Shown one piece after another: positions 9,240 through 19,919 of a DNA stretch of 64,000 nucleotides (position 1 is the first letter of the stretch; every line of letters begins with the position of its first letter). Under the pieces are notes generated by a model that did not search any database, was not told the origin of the DNA, and was given only the letters and a program-made list of their open reading frames with translations. A program made the position numbers and the translations under genes. The DNA lies in assembly GCA_943787795.1 (NCBI GenBank), contig CALSNU010000002.1:736001-800000 (forward strand). Reading direction: 5' to 3'. The DNA comes from an uncultured bacterium. GTDB lineage: Bacteria; Planctomycetota; UBA1135; GCA-002686595.

Positions 9240-9563
9240 TCAGTCCTTCCGGCCGCGGAGGCGCAGGAAGAGGATGAGGGGGAGGGGAGAGAGCGCGGCG
9301 ATGTAGTTCAGGGGCGCGACGCCCTCGCCCTTGATCTGGGCCAGGACCACGATGAAGGTGACCACCGGCATCATCGTCGCGTAGATCACCAGGGGGACGG
9401 GCCAGAGCGCGCTCTGGCGAGCCTTCTGGATCACGTCCAGCCAACCGGCCACCACCGTGATCACGATCATGCCCGCGAAGAGGCCCTCGGCGCTGTCGAT
9501 GAGCCCGCCCTCGTTCTGGGGGACGGCGGGGCTGGCGAGGATCGTGGCGAGCAGGGCGTACAT
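9240..9563 (-). CDS. Small membrane protein (signal plus ~3 TM)
   Basis: MYALLATILAS..., three hydrophobic segments, basic C-terminus; GC3-rich codons. Confidence 0.7.
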   Translation of the reverse strand: MYALLATILASPAVPQNEGGLIDSAEGLFAGMIVITVVAGWLDVIQKARQSALWPVPLVIYATMMPVVTFIVVLAQIKGEGVAPLNYIAALSPLPLILFLRLRGRKD

Positions 9564-9907
9564 GGGCGGCAGCGTAGCTGGGTCGGGCGGCTGGGATCGA
9601 GGGACTGGAGGGTTCCCCCCCTGAAGTCGCCTTCGCCTGGGAGGCTGCAGGGGACGCGAGCTGGGCAGGGTGGCAGAAGGCGAGACGATCTGACGCTCTC
9701 CGATCACGGGCCGCTCTGCTTGGCATGCCTTCCCTGCGACCGATGGGGGGCCCTGCGACCGATGGAGGGGCATCCGGCGACACAGGTTGAGACGGAGGCC
9801 AAGGGGACGCTGCAAGCCAAGGGGGATTCCCCTCGTGGTGGGTTCGGCCCCACCCCGAATCTGGCCGCCAAGGGCACACTGGAGCCGTGCTCCACGTCTC
9901 CACCACC

Positions 9908-11573
9908 ATGAAGTCCTCCCTTGTCGCCCTCGCCTCGGCCCTTCTCCTCCACGGGACCAGCGGCGCGCAGGTCCAGTTCGAGGACATCACCGACGCGGCC
10001 GGCCTCGCGGTGCCCCAAGGGGCAGGTCTCCAAATCGGCTTCGGTGCCGGGCTGGAGCAGCTGCAGATGACGGGTGGAGCCGCCGCAGGTGACTTCAACG
10101 GGGATGGCTGGGTGGACCTCTTCGTCACGATGCTCGATCGGCACGACGTGCTGTTCGCGAACCTCGGCGTGGACGCCAACGGCGAGCATCGCGGGTTCCG
10201 AGACGTGACGGCCCGGTGCTTCCCGGCCCCCGGGCCCGGCCCGCGCAGCAACGGCGCGGTCTTCGGGGACATCGACAATGACGGGGACGAGGATCTCTAC
10301 CTCACCTCCGTCGGCACCACGCGCTACCAGCTGTGGATCAACGATGGTGAGGGACACTTCCGCGAGCGGGCGCGCCAGCGCGGCGCCGCCGTGGAGACCA
10401 CGCGCTTTCACTCGGGCCAGAGCCCGGTGTTCGCCGACTTCGACCGGGACGGGTGGCTCGACCTGTACGTGACCGAGTGGGTCCTCATGCACCCCGCCTT
10501 CCCCGTCGCGCCGCACACGCGCCTCCTGCGCAACCTTGGCGCCGCGGCCCCGGGCCACTTCGAGGACGTCACCGCCGCGGCCGGGCTCGACCTCGGGATG
10601 GAGACGGGCTCTAGCGCCCTCGGGAACCCCACCGGCGCGTTCCAGTTCACGCCCCGCTTCTCTGACCTGGACGGGGACGGCTGGCCAGACCTGGCCATCG
10701 CAGGCGACTTTCTGACGAGCCACCTCTTCTGGAACAACGGCGACGGGACCTTCACGGAGGGGACCGCAGCGGCCGGGGTCGGGTGGCGACCAGAACGGCA
10801 TGGGCGCGACCATCGCGGACTACAACGGCGACGGGCTCCTGGACTGGTTCGTGACCTCGATCTACGACCGGGTGAACGATTGCACCCAGGGCGGCTGCGG
10901 GTGGGGTTCAACGGGGAACCGGCTCTACCTGAACACGGGCGCGCGCACGTTCGTGGACTGGACCGATCAGGCGGGGGTCCGAGATGGCGGATGGGGCTGG
11001 GGCGCCACGAGCCTGGACTACGACAACGACGGGGACGTGGACCTGACGATGACCAACGGCATCGACTGGGAGGCCCTCTCCAACGACGACCACTTCATCG
11101 ACGACCCCATGCGCCTGTGGCGGAACGAGCACGGGATCTTCACCGACGTCGCCCAGTCCGTGGGCCTGACCGCGACGGCCAAGGGCAAGGGCTACCTGAC
11201 CCTGGACTTCGACCGCGACGGCGACCAGGACCTCTACGTGGTCCACCACGGCGAGCTCCCCGTCCTCTACGAGAACGTGGGGGGCAACCAGAACGACTGG
11301 CTCCAGCTCGACCTGGTGGGCAGCGCCTCCAACCGTGACGCCGTGGGCGCCTTCGTGATCCTTCGTGCCGCGCCGGGTGCGCCCCAGCAGGTCCGCGAGA
11401 CCAGCCGCGGCAGCAACTTCCTCTCCTCGGATGAGGACCTCGTGCACTTCGGCCTCGGCCCGCCCACCTCCATGGGCACCGTCGTCCGCATCGAGATCCG
11501 CTGGCCCAGCGGTCAGACCACCGTGCTCACGGACGTGCCGCGGAATCAGCGGCTGACCGTCGTGGAGCCCTGA
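9908..11573 (+). pseudogene. CRTAC1-family FG-GAP repeat / ASPIC-UnbV protein, split by a +1 frameshift near 10781-10783
   Basis: Signal peptide; DFNGDGWVDLFV, DIDNDGDEDLY, DFDRDGWLDLYV repeats; C-terminal SNRDAVGA...VHFGLG...IEIRWPSG. Removing one G restores AAAGVGGDQNGMGATIADY. Could be a sequencing error. Confidence 0.8.
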
Positions 11574-11823
11574 GGGGGCGGGCCCGGGAAGGGGCAGCGC
11601 GGGGTGATGTGGATCGAGCCGGCGCCCTTCACCTGGGGCTCGGTGCCCGGGTGGAGCGGCCGGGGCGGGGTCGAAGGCGGAGCGTTCAGGTCGGGGAGGG
11701 CCTGCCCCTCGGCCGGGCGGGGTGGGCCCCCTGCGGGCGGGGCTCACGGCGCGAGCGGTGCCCAGGGGCCCCAGAGGGCGCTGACCTGGCGTGATCCGGG
11801 GGGAGGGGGCTAGGGTGGAGGGG

Positions 11824-13077
11824 ATGTTGGCACTCTCGGTCCTCGCGGCGCTCCTCCAAGCGCCATTGTCCGCGCCTCCCAACGTGGTGATCGTCCTGAT
11901 GGACGACATCGGTCGGGACAAGGTGGGCGCGTATGGGGATCACGCGGACGCGCCGCCGACGCCGCACCTCGACGCCCTCGCCGCACGAGGCGTGCTCTTT
12001 CGGAACGCCTGGGCCTATCCCGTATGCAGCCCGACGCGGGCCGCGCTGCTCACCGGGCGTCACTCGGACCGCACCGGGATCGGCACCATCATCGGGATCG
12101 CCGATGGCGTGCTGACGCCGCTCCCCTTCTCGGAGACGATCCTGCCCGAGGCCCTCCCCGACCACACGTCGGTCACCCTCGGCAAGTGGCACCTGCGCGA
12201 TGTCGGGGACAGCCTCACCCACCCGATCCAGTCTGGCTTCGACGCCGCGGCGGGCTACGTGGGATCGCCGACCTACTTCCACTGGACGACCCACGTCAAC
12301 GGCGTGCGCCGCAACGAGTCGGGCTACTTCCCCTCTGCCCTCGCGCGACGCGGCACGGAGGTGCTGGAGAGGCTCGATGAGCCGTTCTTTCTGTACCACT
12401 GCCCGATCCTCGCCCACTCGCCCTGGCACCTCCCGCCGAGCTACCTGCACACCCAGGAGCCCTCGACCTTCCCGCCCATCCTGCACAAGGCCATGGTGGA
12501 GGCCTTCGATCACCACCTCGGCCTCCTCCTCGCGTCGATCGACCTCGAGACCACCTACGTCTTCGTGGTCGGTGACAACGGATCCCCGAACGTCACGGTG
12601 AGTCCTCCGTGGCCTCCGAGCCACGGCAAGCGAACCCCCTATGAGGGCGGCGTCCGCGTGCCCTTCATCGTCGCCGGTCCCCGAGTGGCCCGCGGCGCCG
12701 AGTGCGATGAACTGATCCATGTCACCGACGTCTTCGCCACCGTCATGGACCTCGTGGGCCGCCCCGCTCCGCCGACCGGCGCGGAGGACTCCACCAGCTT
12801 CGCCCCGCTCCTGATCGACCCTGCCGCTGACGGAGCCCGGGACCACCTCTACTTCCATCAGTTCCCCTTCCCGGGCGCCACGTCCCAGGTCCCCGAGCTG
12901 CGCGCCGTCCGCACCAAGCGCTGGAAGCTGATCGAGCGCCCCGATGTCCCCGCCGAGGAGCTCTACGACCTCCAGGCCGATCCCCACGAGCTGGACAACC
13001 TGCTCCTCTCCAACCCGGGCCCGACGACCGACGCGCTCCGGGACCGCCTCCTCGCGCTCATGCCGCAGTTCCCCTGA
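11824..13077 (+). CDS. Sulfatase (Cys-type S1 family)
   Basis: PNVVIVLMDD, CSPTRAALLTG, GKWHL, GDNG, YEGGVRVPFIV, ELYDLQADPHE; signal peptide. Confidence 0.92.
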   Translation: MLALSVLAALLQAPLSAPPNVVIVLMDDIGRDKVGAYGDHADAPPTPHLDALAARGVLFRNAWAYPVCSPTRAALLTGRHSDRTGIGTIIGIADGVLTPLPFSETILPEALPDHTSVTLGKWHLRDVGDSLTHPIQSGFDAAAGYVGSPTYFHWTTHVNGVRRNESGYFPSALARRGTEVLERLDEPFFLYHCPILAHSPWHLPPSYLHTQEPSTFPPILHKAMVEAFDHHLGLLLASIDLETTYVFVVGDNGSPNVTVSPPWPPSHGKRTPYEGGVRVPFIVAGPRVARGAECDELIHVTDVFATVMDLVGRPAPPTGAEDSTSFAPLLIDPAADGARDHLYFHQFPFPGATSQVPELRAVRTKRWKLIERPDVPAEELYDLQADPHELDNLLLSNPGPTTDALRDRLLALMPQFP

Positions 13078-13697
13078 CGCGCCGGCAGGTCGGCGCGATG
13101 AACCCGCGCTGAACCCACGCGCGGCATGCGGACTCCGACACCCGGACACGACCATCGCTGGCCCCCCCCGCCCAGAGTCTTGTTTGCCATCGGTGACGGT
13201 GGGCTGACATTGTCCGCGTCTCGGGCCCCGCGAGAATGAGGGTCCCCCACAGCGGTCGCCCCTCACGGGGCGAGAGGCTTGCCCCTCGGGCGGCTCGGGC
13301 GCACCGCAGGGGGGCCGAGAGTAGACCCGGCGGCCTCACTGCCACCTCGGAGGTGGCGCCGGCGCGGTTCTGGTGTCGTGCGCTGGTGATCGGTGGCCGG
13401 GACGGGGGCAGCGGCGTCCCATGGCCCTGGCCCGGCGTCACCCGGGGGATGCAAGCGCTGTTCGGGGGCGCAACTGCCCTCTTTCGTCTGGCCCTTCACC
13501 TGCCGTGGGGTGGGGTGGAAGGCCCCGTCGCGGGCAATCTCAGGATGAGACGGCGGGTCTATGGGACATTCAGGTGAACTTAAGTCCTTTTGTACCGGAG
13601 GTTAACGGGCATATATAAGCATATGTACTTATCCCTGGAAGATAAACCCGCATGGGGATGTGGCGAACTCGCGTCCGTTCGGCAGACTCGGTAACGT

Positions 13698-13731
13698 CCT
13701 CGACCGCGAGGCCCACACTTCGACCGCGAAG
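13698..13731 (+). promoter_or_regulatory. Two tandem palindromes with identical core, 20-nt period
   Basis: CCTCG-ACCG-CGAGG (13698-13711) and CTTCG-ACCG-CGAAG (13718-13731), upstream of the 13806 gene. Confidence 0.4.
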
Positions 13732-13805
13732 ACCTCGATCGAAGTCGCATCGCCCTCGCGCTCTCCCCACCCTCCCAACCCTGCCTCACACAAGCCCCCA
13801 ACGAT

Positions 13806-14174
13806 ATGAAACTCTTCTCTCTCCCCACTGCCCTAGTCACTGCCGGACTCGCCTCGATCGCCCTCGCCGCCGCGCCGGTCGGTACCCCGGTCGAAGCGAC
13901 CACGCTCGACGTCACCGGCGCCTCGATGTTCCACGGTCAGCAGGTCCTGTTTGACGCGAACAACGCGAGCTTTGGCAGCCAGATGTACTACGGCGGCAAC
14001 GTCGTCCAGTACGGCGGCAGCCACATGATGTTCTTCAAGGACCCTGTGACCAACGTTGACACGCGCATTTGGCTTAGGGCTGAGGATTGCGCCCTTAGAG
14101 TCCACATGACCAACTTCAGTACCTGCGGCGATATCCAGTACCTGCGACCTGGTACCAACGGGTTCCAGCAGTGA
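13806..14174 (+). CDS. Small secreted hypothetical protein (122 aa)
   Basis: Clear signal peptide MKLFSLPTALVTAGLASIALAA; beta-rich mature region with two Cys; AT-rich upstream region and hairpins downstream. Confidence 0.75.
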   Translation: MKLFSLPTALVTAGLASIALAAAPVGTPVEATTLDVTGASMFHGQQVLFDANNASFGSQMYYGGNVVQYGGSHMMFFKDPVTNVDTRIWLRAEDCALRVHMTNFSTCGDIQYLRPGTNGFQQ

Positions 14175-14233
14175 GCCGATCTGCTCAGGGGGATCCCGTT
14201 CAGTAATCTGAACGGCAGGTCTCTGTGCAGCCC

Positions 14234-14270
14234 CGCGGGGCCCACTCCTCGAAAGGGAGTGGGCCCCGCG
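14234..14270 (+). terminator. Strong hairpin after the 13806 gene
   Basis: 15-bp stem CGCGGGGCCCACTCC/GGAGTGGGCCCCGCG around TCGAAAG; a second hairpin CCGTTCAG-taat-CTGAACGG lies just upstream. Confidence 0.6.
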
Positions 14271-14350
14271 ATCATTGGTTGAGGTCGCGGTCGGTGCCCT
14301 CGGCGGCGCCCGCCGAGGCCAGGGTGGAAGGGTTGGATGGCTCAGGTCAT

Positions 14351-14402
14351 CTGAGCCGGCGTTCGGATTGCTCCGAGCCGGTCTCTGGTTGGTCCAAGAG
14401 CG
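14351..14402 (+). repeat. Left copy of a degenerate direct repeat flanking the D-Ala island
   Basis: CTGAGCCGGcGtTCGG...GAgCCGGTCTCTGGTtGGTC...GAGCG, matching 21047-21104; core 16/17 identical. Confidence 0.55.
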
Positions 14403-14974
14403 CTGTTGGGTCTCGACGGACCACGCCTTGGGATCGTGGGGGGGGAGGACCATGCCACGGGCCCTGCAGAACATGGCCAACTGGATGCCGGCGCGCTAGC
14501 AGAGCCCTGGTGGCCTCTCACTCGCCGTCCGAAATGGCTGGGGGAAGCGGCTCGTGGTCCGTTGCCCTGAAGGCTGACCGGCGTCTTGGCCGGCATTGGA
14601 ACCACCCCCCAGCCGCGACCGATGGCCCGCCTCCACTCAGGCTGCGCATCGCTCGTTGTCAGGCGAGAGATCTAGATTCTCCCAAAGACCTCGCCCGTGA
14701 GGTGCCGATGGCCCTTACGGACAAAGCCGAGCAAGCGGCTCTTGTCTTCGGTTCCTAGCGCTCAGCGATGCCGCTGCCCGTAGAGCGTCTGAAGCTCGAG
14801 GCCCGGCAACGGCCTCCGGAGAAGTCGAGACGTCGGTCCATTTCTCAGCCCGATCCGTCCCATCAATCAACTCTCGAGGATGCCTCTGGATTCAGCGCGC
14901 GCTAGGCTGAAATCACGGTTGTCCTTGCCTCCATCTCGCTCCTGCGCAGCTAGGAGCCTCCTCCGCTTTCGAGA

Positions 14975-16825
14975 TTGATGTACCGTTCTCTTCGCGATCT
15001 GCTCTCTATGGTCCCACCGAGGACTCGCTGGATGACCCTGTGGGTCGCCCTTCTGGGCATCCTCGCGGCCGGGTCTGAGCTCTTGCTCCTGCTCGGGCTC
15101 GAGGGCTTTATCGGCGCTCTCAACGGGAGCGCTTCCAGGACGGAGGGGATAGCTGGCCGCTTGGTTGGCACTCTGGAAGACACCTTCGGTTCGGGGATTC
15201 CCGCCATGGGGGCTCTTCTCGTCTTCGCAGCCATCGTCACGAACGCTCTGCGGATCGGGGCGCTCTGGGTCTCGATGAGTGTCTCCAACAGGATTGGCGC
15301 CGAGTTGTCCGCGGGGCTCTTTGGGCGGATCATCCGAAAACCGTACCTCTACTTCGCCGGGGTGCCCTCGGCGGAGATTCTCGCTGCTTCCAATAAGGTC
15401 GCCGGGCTTTCGAACGGCGTCCTGCTCCCGATCTGCAACCTCGCCACGGCGTTCTTCAGTATCGCCCTACTCGGGGCAGCGATCTTCAGCGCGTCCTGGG
15501 AGTTCGCGCTGGTGGCGCTGCTCACCGTGGGGGTCGCGTACGTCCTCGTTGGACTACGGGCTCGTAGGAGTGTCGAACGTAATTCGAGGCTCATCGCGAG
15601 GATTCTGACCGAGAAGAACAGCCTTGTGATCGAGTCTATTGGTGGCATTCGCGACGTGATCCTTGGCAACCGACAGGAACTGATGGTCTCCGGGTTCCTC
15701 TCGCTAGACCTTCGCCAGCGGATACGCATCGTGCGGAATCAACTTTGGGTCAACCTACCGCGGTTCGTCCTTGAGGCCCTTGCGATCATCTCCATCGTCG
15801 CCGCTGCATTCTTGTCCCTTCGAGAAGGGTCCTCGGGTGCCTTGACTCTGGAGGCGCTGGCGTTCCTTGGCGTCGCAGCGTTGAGGCTCTTACCGAACGT
15901 GCAGCGCTTCTACCAGTCTTGGGGACAGATCGTGTCCCAGACGGGCAACGTCGAGGACTCGATCGCGGTCCTCCGCTCGAATTCAGGGCTGGATGGAGTC
16001 GAGCAGCCGGACAACCTGAATCCAGAGAGGGCGCTGGAGGTGTTTGACTGCATGCGTTTGGCCGATGTCGCCTTCCGCTATCCGAGTGCTAGCGCGGAGG
16101 TCTTCAGCGGAGTCAATCTGGCCATCGAGCGCGGGGCGTGCGTGGGCATCTTAGGCCCGACGGGAGGAGGGAAGAGTACGCTCGTTGACCTTCTCCTCGG
16201 CCTCATTCAACCGACGAGCGGAGAGGTTCTGCTCGGCGATGAACCGTTGGGGGGTGACCTCCGGTTTGACTGGCGAGCCTGCCTGGCTCATGTTCCCCAG
16301 AGTATCTTCCTCGTGGATGGGTCCTTCACGGAGAACATCGCGCTGGGCCAGCCGGCCCGCGAGGTCGACCTCGAGCGGGTGAAGGAGGCGGCGAGGATGG
16401 CCTGCGCGATCGACTTCATCAATGCGACCCCCGACGGCTTTGACTCTCCCGTTGGAGAGCGTGGGAGCCAACTCTCGGGCGGAGAGAGGCAGCGGGTCGG
16501 CATCGCCCGCGCTCTCTACTCAGGTGCTCCGGTCCTGGTCCTCGACGAGGCAACCAGCGCGCTGGATGACGATACGGAGCGACGCTTGATGGCGAATATT
16601 CGGGAGAAGACGACCGACCTGACGCTCATCATGATCGCCCATCGCCTGAACACCCTGCAGAACTGCGACCAGCTGATTCGGGTGCACTCCGGCTCGGTCG
16701 AGGTACTCTCTAGCCTCGAAGATCTCGAACGCCAAGAGCTGGGAGAGGGCCAGGATATTGAAGTGAGCCTCACGCCCTCGGCAGTCCCGAGGCCGGACGG
16801 GCACCCGGGTGGAGGGGCAGAATGA
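14975..16825 (+). CDS. ABC exporter, fused TMD plus ATPase (MsbA/PglK-like, glycan-cluster type)
   Basis: About 6 TM segments; Walker A GPTGGGKST, LSGGERQRVGIARA, LVLDEATSALD, IAHRL. Confidence 0.9.
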   Translation: MMYRSLRDLLSMVPPRTRWMTLWVALLGILAAGSELLLLLGLEGFIGALNGSASRTEGIAGRLVGTLEDTFGSGIPAMGALLVFAAIVTNALRIGALWVSMSVSNRIGAELSAGLFGRIIRKPYLYFAGVPSAEILAASNKVAGLSNGVLLPICNLATAFFSIALLGAAIFSASWEFALVALLTVGVAYVLVGLRARRSVERNSRLIARILTEKNSLVIESIGGIRDVILGNRQELMVSGFLSLDLRQRIRIVRNQLWVNLPRFVLEALAIISIVAAAFLSLREGSSGALTLEALAFLGVAALRLLPNVQRFYQSWGQIVSQTGNVEDSIAVLRSNSGLDGVEQPDNLNPERALEVFDCMRLADVAFRYPSASAEVFSGVNLAIERGACVGILGPTGGGKSTLVDLLLGLIQPTSGEVLLGDEPLGGDLRFDWRACLAHVPQSIFLVDGSFTENIALGQPAREVDLERVKEAARMACAIDFINATPDGFDSPVGERGSQLSGGERQRVGIARALYSGAPVLVLDEATSALDDDTERRLMANIREKTTDLTLIMIAHRLNTLQNCDQLIRVHSGSVEVLSSLEDLERQELGEGQDIEVSLTPSAVPRPDGHPGGGAE

Positions 16826-17002
16826 TGTCGGCCAAGATTGATCACCTCAGCTCGCTGACCGAAGTCGGGACCCTGACGAGTCTGGGGCGCGAAATCACGA
16901 GCCCCCCGGCCATGACCCTACCATGCGGGCGATCGGGAGCGCCCCGCCGCGGTGGAGGACTCGCCCTGCGGGTTCTTCGGAGAGGGGGCTCCTTGAAGAG
17001 CC

Positions 17003-18481
17003 ATGCTTGATCCCCTCCACGCATTTCTTGAGGTCGCCTCCCGGCACGGAGAGATCCCAGCGATCGTCGAGCAGGGCCTGGTGACCACCTATGCGGATCT
17101 TGAGTTCCTCGCCCGCCGCTTCGCTGGGGAGTTCATACGCGAAGCCAGCGCTCATCCGAAGGTGGCCATCTGTCTGCCGCAGACCGCTGCTGCGTACGCC
17201 TCGATGTTCGGCGCCATGCTCGCCGGCGGGTTCTATGCGCCCGTCAACATCGGCGCGCCGCTCGATCGCCAAAGACAGATCCTCAGTCAATTCGATCCAG
17301 AGGTGATCGTCGCCGAAGAAGGAAGTGTCGGCGCCTACTCCAGCATCGCGGGCCGCGCGCGGGTCGTCACCTCGGACATCAGCGCTGAGCCGCTCTGTGA
17401 TCCAAGACCAGGACACGACCTCGTCTACGTCATCTTCACATCAGGGACGACCGGCAAGCCCAAGGGCGTCCGAATCCGTCGGGCCTCTCTTGGGCATTAT
17501 GCCTCTTGGGCGCGTCGAGCTATGCGGGTCCAGCCCGGTGAGCGGTGGTCTCAACATCCGAACATCGGCTTCGATCTCAGTGTCCTCGACATCTTTGGCG
17601 CATTGACCGCCGGCGCTTCCCTGTACCCGCTTCAGACGAAGATGGACCGTTTGCTCCCCGGTGCGTTCGCCGGGAAGAACCGGCTCGAGATATGGAACTC
17701 TGTCCCCAGCCTCATCGACCTCATGATTCGAGGACGATGCCTCACCACAGCCAACTTCAAGAGCGTTCGCCTGATGACATTCTGCGGTGAGCCGCTCCTG
17801 AAGAGGCACCTCGACGCAATCTTCGAGGCGGCGCCCCACGTGGTGGTGCACAACACCTACGGCCCCACCGAGGCCACGGTCTCCTGCACCCTCGAGGTCC
17901 TGGACCGTGAGTCCTACCGAGGGAAGTCGAAATCGAGCGTCGTGCTTGGACAGCCGATCGACGGAATGCACCTTCGAATCGGTGAAGAAGAGAGCGTGGG
18001 TGAGATCCTGATTGCCGGCCCGCAAGTAGCAGACGGGTACTGGGACAACCCAGAGGAGACGTCCGCGAGGTTCTTCGAGATGGAGTGCGGTGGAGAGATG
18101 CTCCCGGCCTATCGCTCGGGAGACTGGGCCGAGTTGATTGGCGAGGACATGTACTTCTCAAACAGGATCGACGATCAGGTCAAGATCCGCGGCAACCGTG
18201 TCGAGTTAGGGGAGATCGAGGCGACCATCAGCCACCTGTTCATGTGTGAGGCGTACGTCGTTGTCGTCGACGAAGAGCTTCATTGCGCTGTTACGCAGGA
18301 TTCCAAGCTCGACCTCATTGAGCTCCGCGCGAGACTCTCGGATGTCCTTCCTGAGTACGAGCTCCCTAGTTCCTTGAAGTCGCTCGATAGGATTCCGGTC
18401 AACGTCAACGGCAAGGTGGACCGTCGGCAACTGCGGGAGACGATCAGTGCGAAGCTGAAGGAGGACGCACGAGATGAGTGA
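17003..18481 (+). CDS. dltA: DltA-like D-alanine-activating adenylation enzyme (stand-alone A domain)
   Basis: YVIFTSGTTGKPKGV, FDLSV, FCGE (the Cys typical of DltA), NTYGPTEATV, YRSGD, QVKIRGNRVELGEIE, NGKVDR. Confidence 0.8.
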   Translation: MLDPLHAFLEVASRHGEIPAIVEQGLVTTYADLEFLARRFAGEFIREASAHPKVAICLPQTAAAYASMFGAMLAGGFYAPVNIGAPLDRQRQILSQFDPEVIVAEEGSVGAYSSIAGRARVVTSDISAEPLCDPRPGHDLVYVIFTSGTTGKPKGVRIRRASLGHYASWARRAMRVQPGERWSQHPNIGFDLSVLDIFGALTAGASLYPLQTKMDRLLPGAFAGKNRLEIWNSVPSLIDLMIRGRCLTTANFKSVRLMTFCGEPLLKRHLDAIFEAAPHVVVHNTYGPTEATVSCTLEVLDRESYRGKSKSSVVLGQPIDGMHLRIGEEESVGEILIAGPQVADGYWDNPEETSARFFEMECGGEMLPAYRSGDWAELIGEDMYFSNRIDDQVKIRGNRVELGEIEATISHLFMCEAYVVVVDEELHCAVTQDSKLDLIELRARLSDVLPEYELPSSLKSLDRIPVNVNGKVDRRQLRETISAKLKEDARDE

Positions 18482-18725
18482 TTCAGAGCGAGACCTTCTT
18501 GGTGTGGTCGTTGAGGTCATCGCGGAGCTTGTGCTTGATCGTGGAGCGTCGATCGACTCGTCCACCGTGCTGACCTCTGTGATGGACTCCTTCGGTCTGC
18601 TTGATGCAATTCTCATGATCGAGGAGCGTTCGGGAATGTCGGTGGATCTTGCGGAAATCCAGGTAGAGGGTGACCTCACGATCGGATTGCTGGTGCGAGA
18701 GGTCTTGCGGTTGAATGGTCGTTGA
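18474..18725 (+). CDS. Acyl/aminoacyl carrier protein (DltC-like)
   Basis: 83 aa, acidic, MDSFGLL phosphopantetheine site; overlaps the dltA-like stop. Confidence 0.8.
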   Translation: MSDSERDLLGVVVEVIAELVLDRGASIDSSTVLTSVMDSFGLLDAILMIEERSGMSVDLAEIQVEGDLTIGLLVREVLRLNGR

Positions 18726-18728
18726 AGA

Positions 18729-19334
18729 ATGGGCGATTCCGAGAGCAGCGCCCTGATTGACATCGCCTCGATCCCTGCGGCGGATCGTGAAGGCGCGGCC
18801 GAGCTGATCATCGAGGCGTTACCCGGCTTCTACGGGCAGGAACGACTGAGGCCGGTGATGGTCTCGGCCGTGGCCAGGACCCTCGGCCTAGTTGGCACCG
18901 ACACGGCGACGGGTTTCGCCGCCGGGAGCGAGCAAGGTGTCAGGGGGGTGCTGACCTATACCAGTGCGGACAAGCTGGATCTGGCGAGGCTGGGGGGCGT
19001 CCAGCAGCTGTTGAGGGCCCTCGACCCGGACTCCCGGCGCCTCTTCAGAGAACACCTTCGGGACTATGACGCGGACTTCGCCGTGGCGCCCTCTGGTACC
19101 TGTTACCTGAGCCGTGTTGCGGTGCGGACCGAGGCCCGAGGCGGCGGCCTCGCCGAGCGCATGATGCGCCACTGGATGCAGGAGGTTGAGTCGGACCACG
19201 CTAACGGCTTCTCGCTTCACGTAGATCGGTCGAACGCCCGTGCCATTCGGTTCTACGAGCGCCTTGGGTTTGTGGATACCCTCGCGGAAGGCAAGTTCCT
19301 GCTTCTCACGCGGGAGAGGGGGGACTCTCGATGA
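18729..19334 (+). CDS. GNAT-family N-acyltransferase
   Basis: YLSRVAVRTEARGGGLAERMM (motif A) and LHVDRSNARAIRFYERLGF (motif B). Confidence 0.88.
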   Translation: MGDSESSALIDIASIPAADREGAAELIIEALPGFYGQERLRPVMVSAVARTLGLVGTDTATGFAAGSEQGVRGVLTYTSADKLDLARLGGVQQLLRALDPDSRRLFREHLRDYDADFAVAPSGTCYLSRVAVRTEARGGGLAERMMRHWMQEVESDHANGFSLHVDRSNARAIRFYERLGFVDTLAEGKFLLLTRERGDSR

Positions 19335-19906
19335 CCACCGCAGCTGATCGAGCGCGAAGCGGCTATCGGCGGATCGAGTCGAGGGCCGACTTCCTCGAAT
19401 TCCTCCGGCTCGACCTGGGCGCCCGCGGCTTGACGGCGGTTCCCTGGCTCTGCTCCTTCAGGCGTCCTCTGGTGGCCTACACCGTGATGATGCGGAGGGT
19501 CGAGTACTTGCAGTCCAAGCGCCTCGGCTTCTTCGGGCGGTCTTGGCTAAAGTGGCGCCTCTGGAGGTTGAAGATGTACGGAGCGCGGCTCGGGCTCTCG
19601 ATGGTCCCGGGGACTTTTGGTCCCGGGCTCTTCATCGTCCACCATGGGAGCATCGTGATCAGTAGCGAGGCTCGGTTCGGTTCGCGGACGAGGATCCACT
19701 CGTGCGTGAATGTCTCCGGGGCGCCAGTATTCGGGGATGACGTCTACCTGGGCCCTGGTGCCGTCGTCGTGGGTGACGTTGACGTTGGCGACCGAGTTCG
19801 TGTCGGCGCGAACAGTGTCGTATCTCGACCGGTCAAGACTGGATCCACCGTGTTGGGTGTGCCTGCTCGGGTGATCAAGGTCGACTCGAACGCCGAGGAC
19901 GGCTAA
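19331..19906 (+). CDS. Hexapeptide-repeat (LbH) O-acyltransferase, CysE/WcaB-like
   Basis: FGPGLFIVHHGSIVIS, PVFGDDVYLGPGAVVVGDVDVGDRVRVGANSVV, GVPARVIK; ATGA overlap with the GNAT gene. Confidence 0.85.
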   Translation: MTTAADRARSGYRRIESRADFLEFLRLDLGARGLTAVPWLCSFRRPLVAYTVMMRRVEYLQSKRLGFFGRSWLKWRLWRLKMYGARLGLSMVPGTFGPGLFIVHHGSIVISSEARFGSRTRIHSCVNVSGAPVFGDDVYLGPGAVVVGDVDVGDRVRVGANSVVSRPVKTGSTVLGVPARVIKVDSNAEDG

Positions 19907-19919
19907 GGGAGCAGTACCC

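Noticed and set aside
13580..13593. TAAGTCCTTTTGT as an IHF or att/dif site
   Set aside because: Only a partial match to the IHF consensus and no recombinase in the window; kept only as part of the AT-rich patch.
14234..14270. GAAA-capped hairpin resembling c-di-GMP-I riboswitch P2 or a group II intron domain
   Set aside because: Flanking GGCAAAC/GCAAAG and domain-V consensus absent; position after a stop codon fits a terminator.
14400..14970. Short ORFs or gene remnant upstream of the ABC exporter
   Set aside because: No recognisable motif or consistent codon bias in any frame.
16822..17010. 62-aa ORF bridging the ABC exporter and dltA-like gene as a possible DltX equivalent
   Set aside because: It overlaps both neighbours but has no TM helix or DltX-like motif; cannot be supported.
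17003..18725. NRPS biosynthetic cluster
   Set aside because: No condensation or thioesterase domains; motifs fit DltA/DltC-type stand-alone proteins better.
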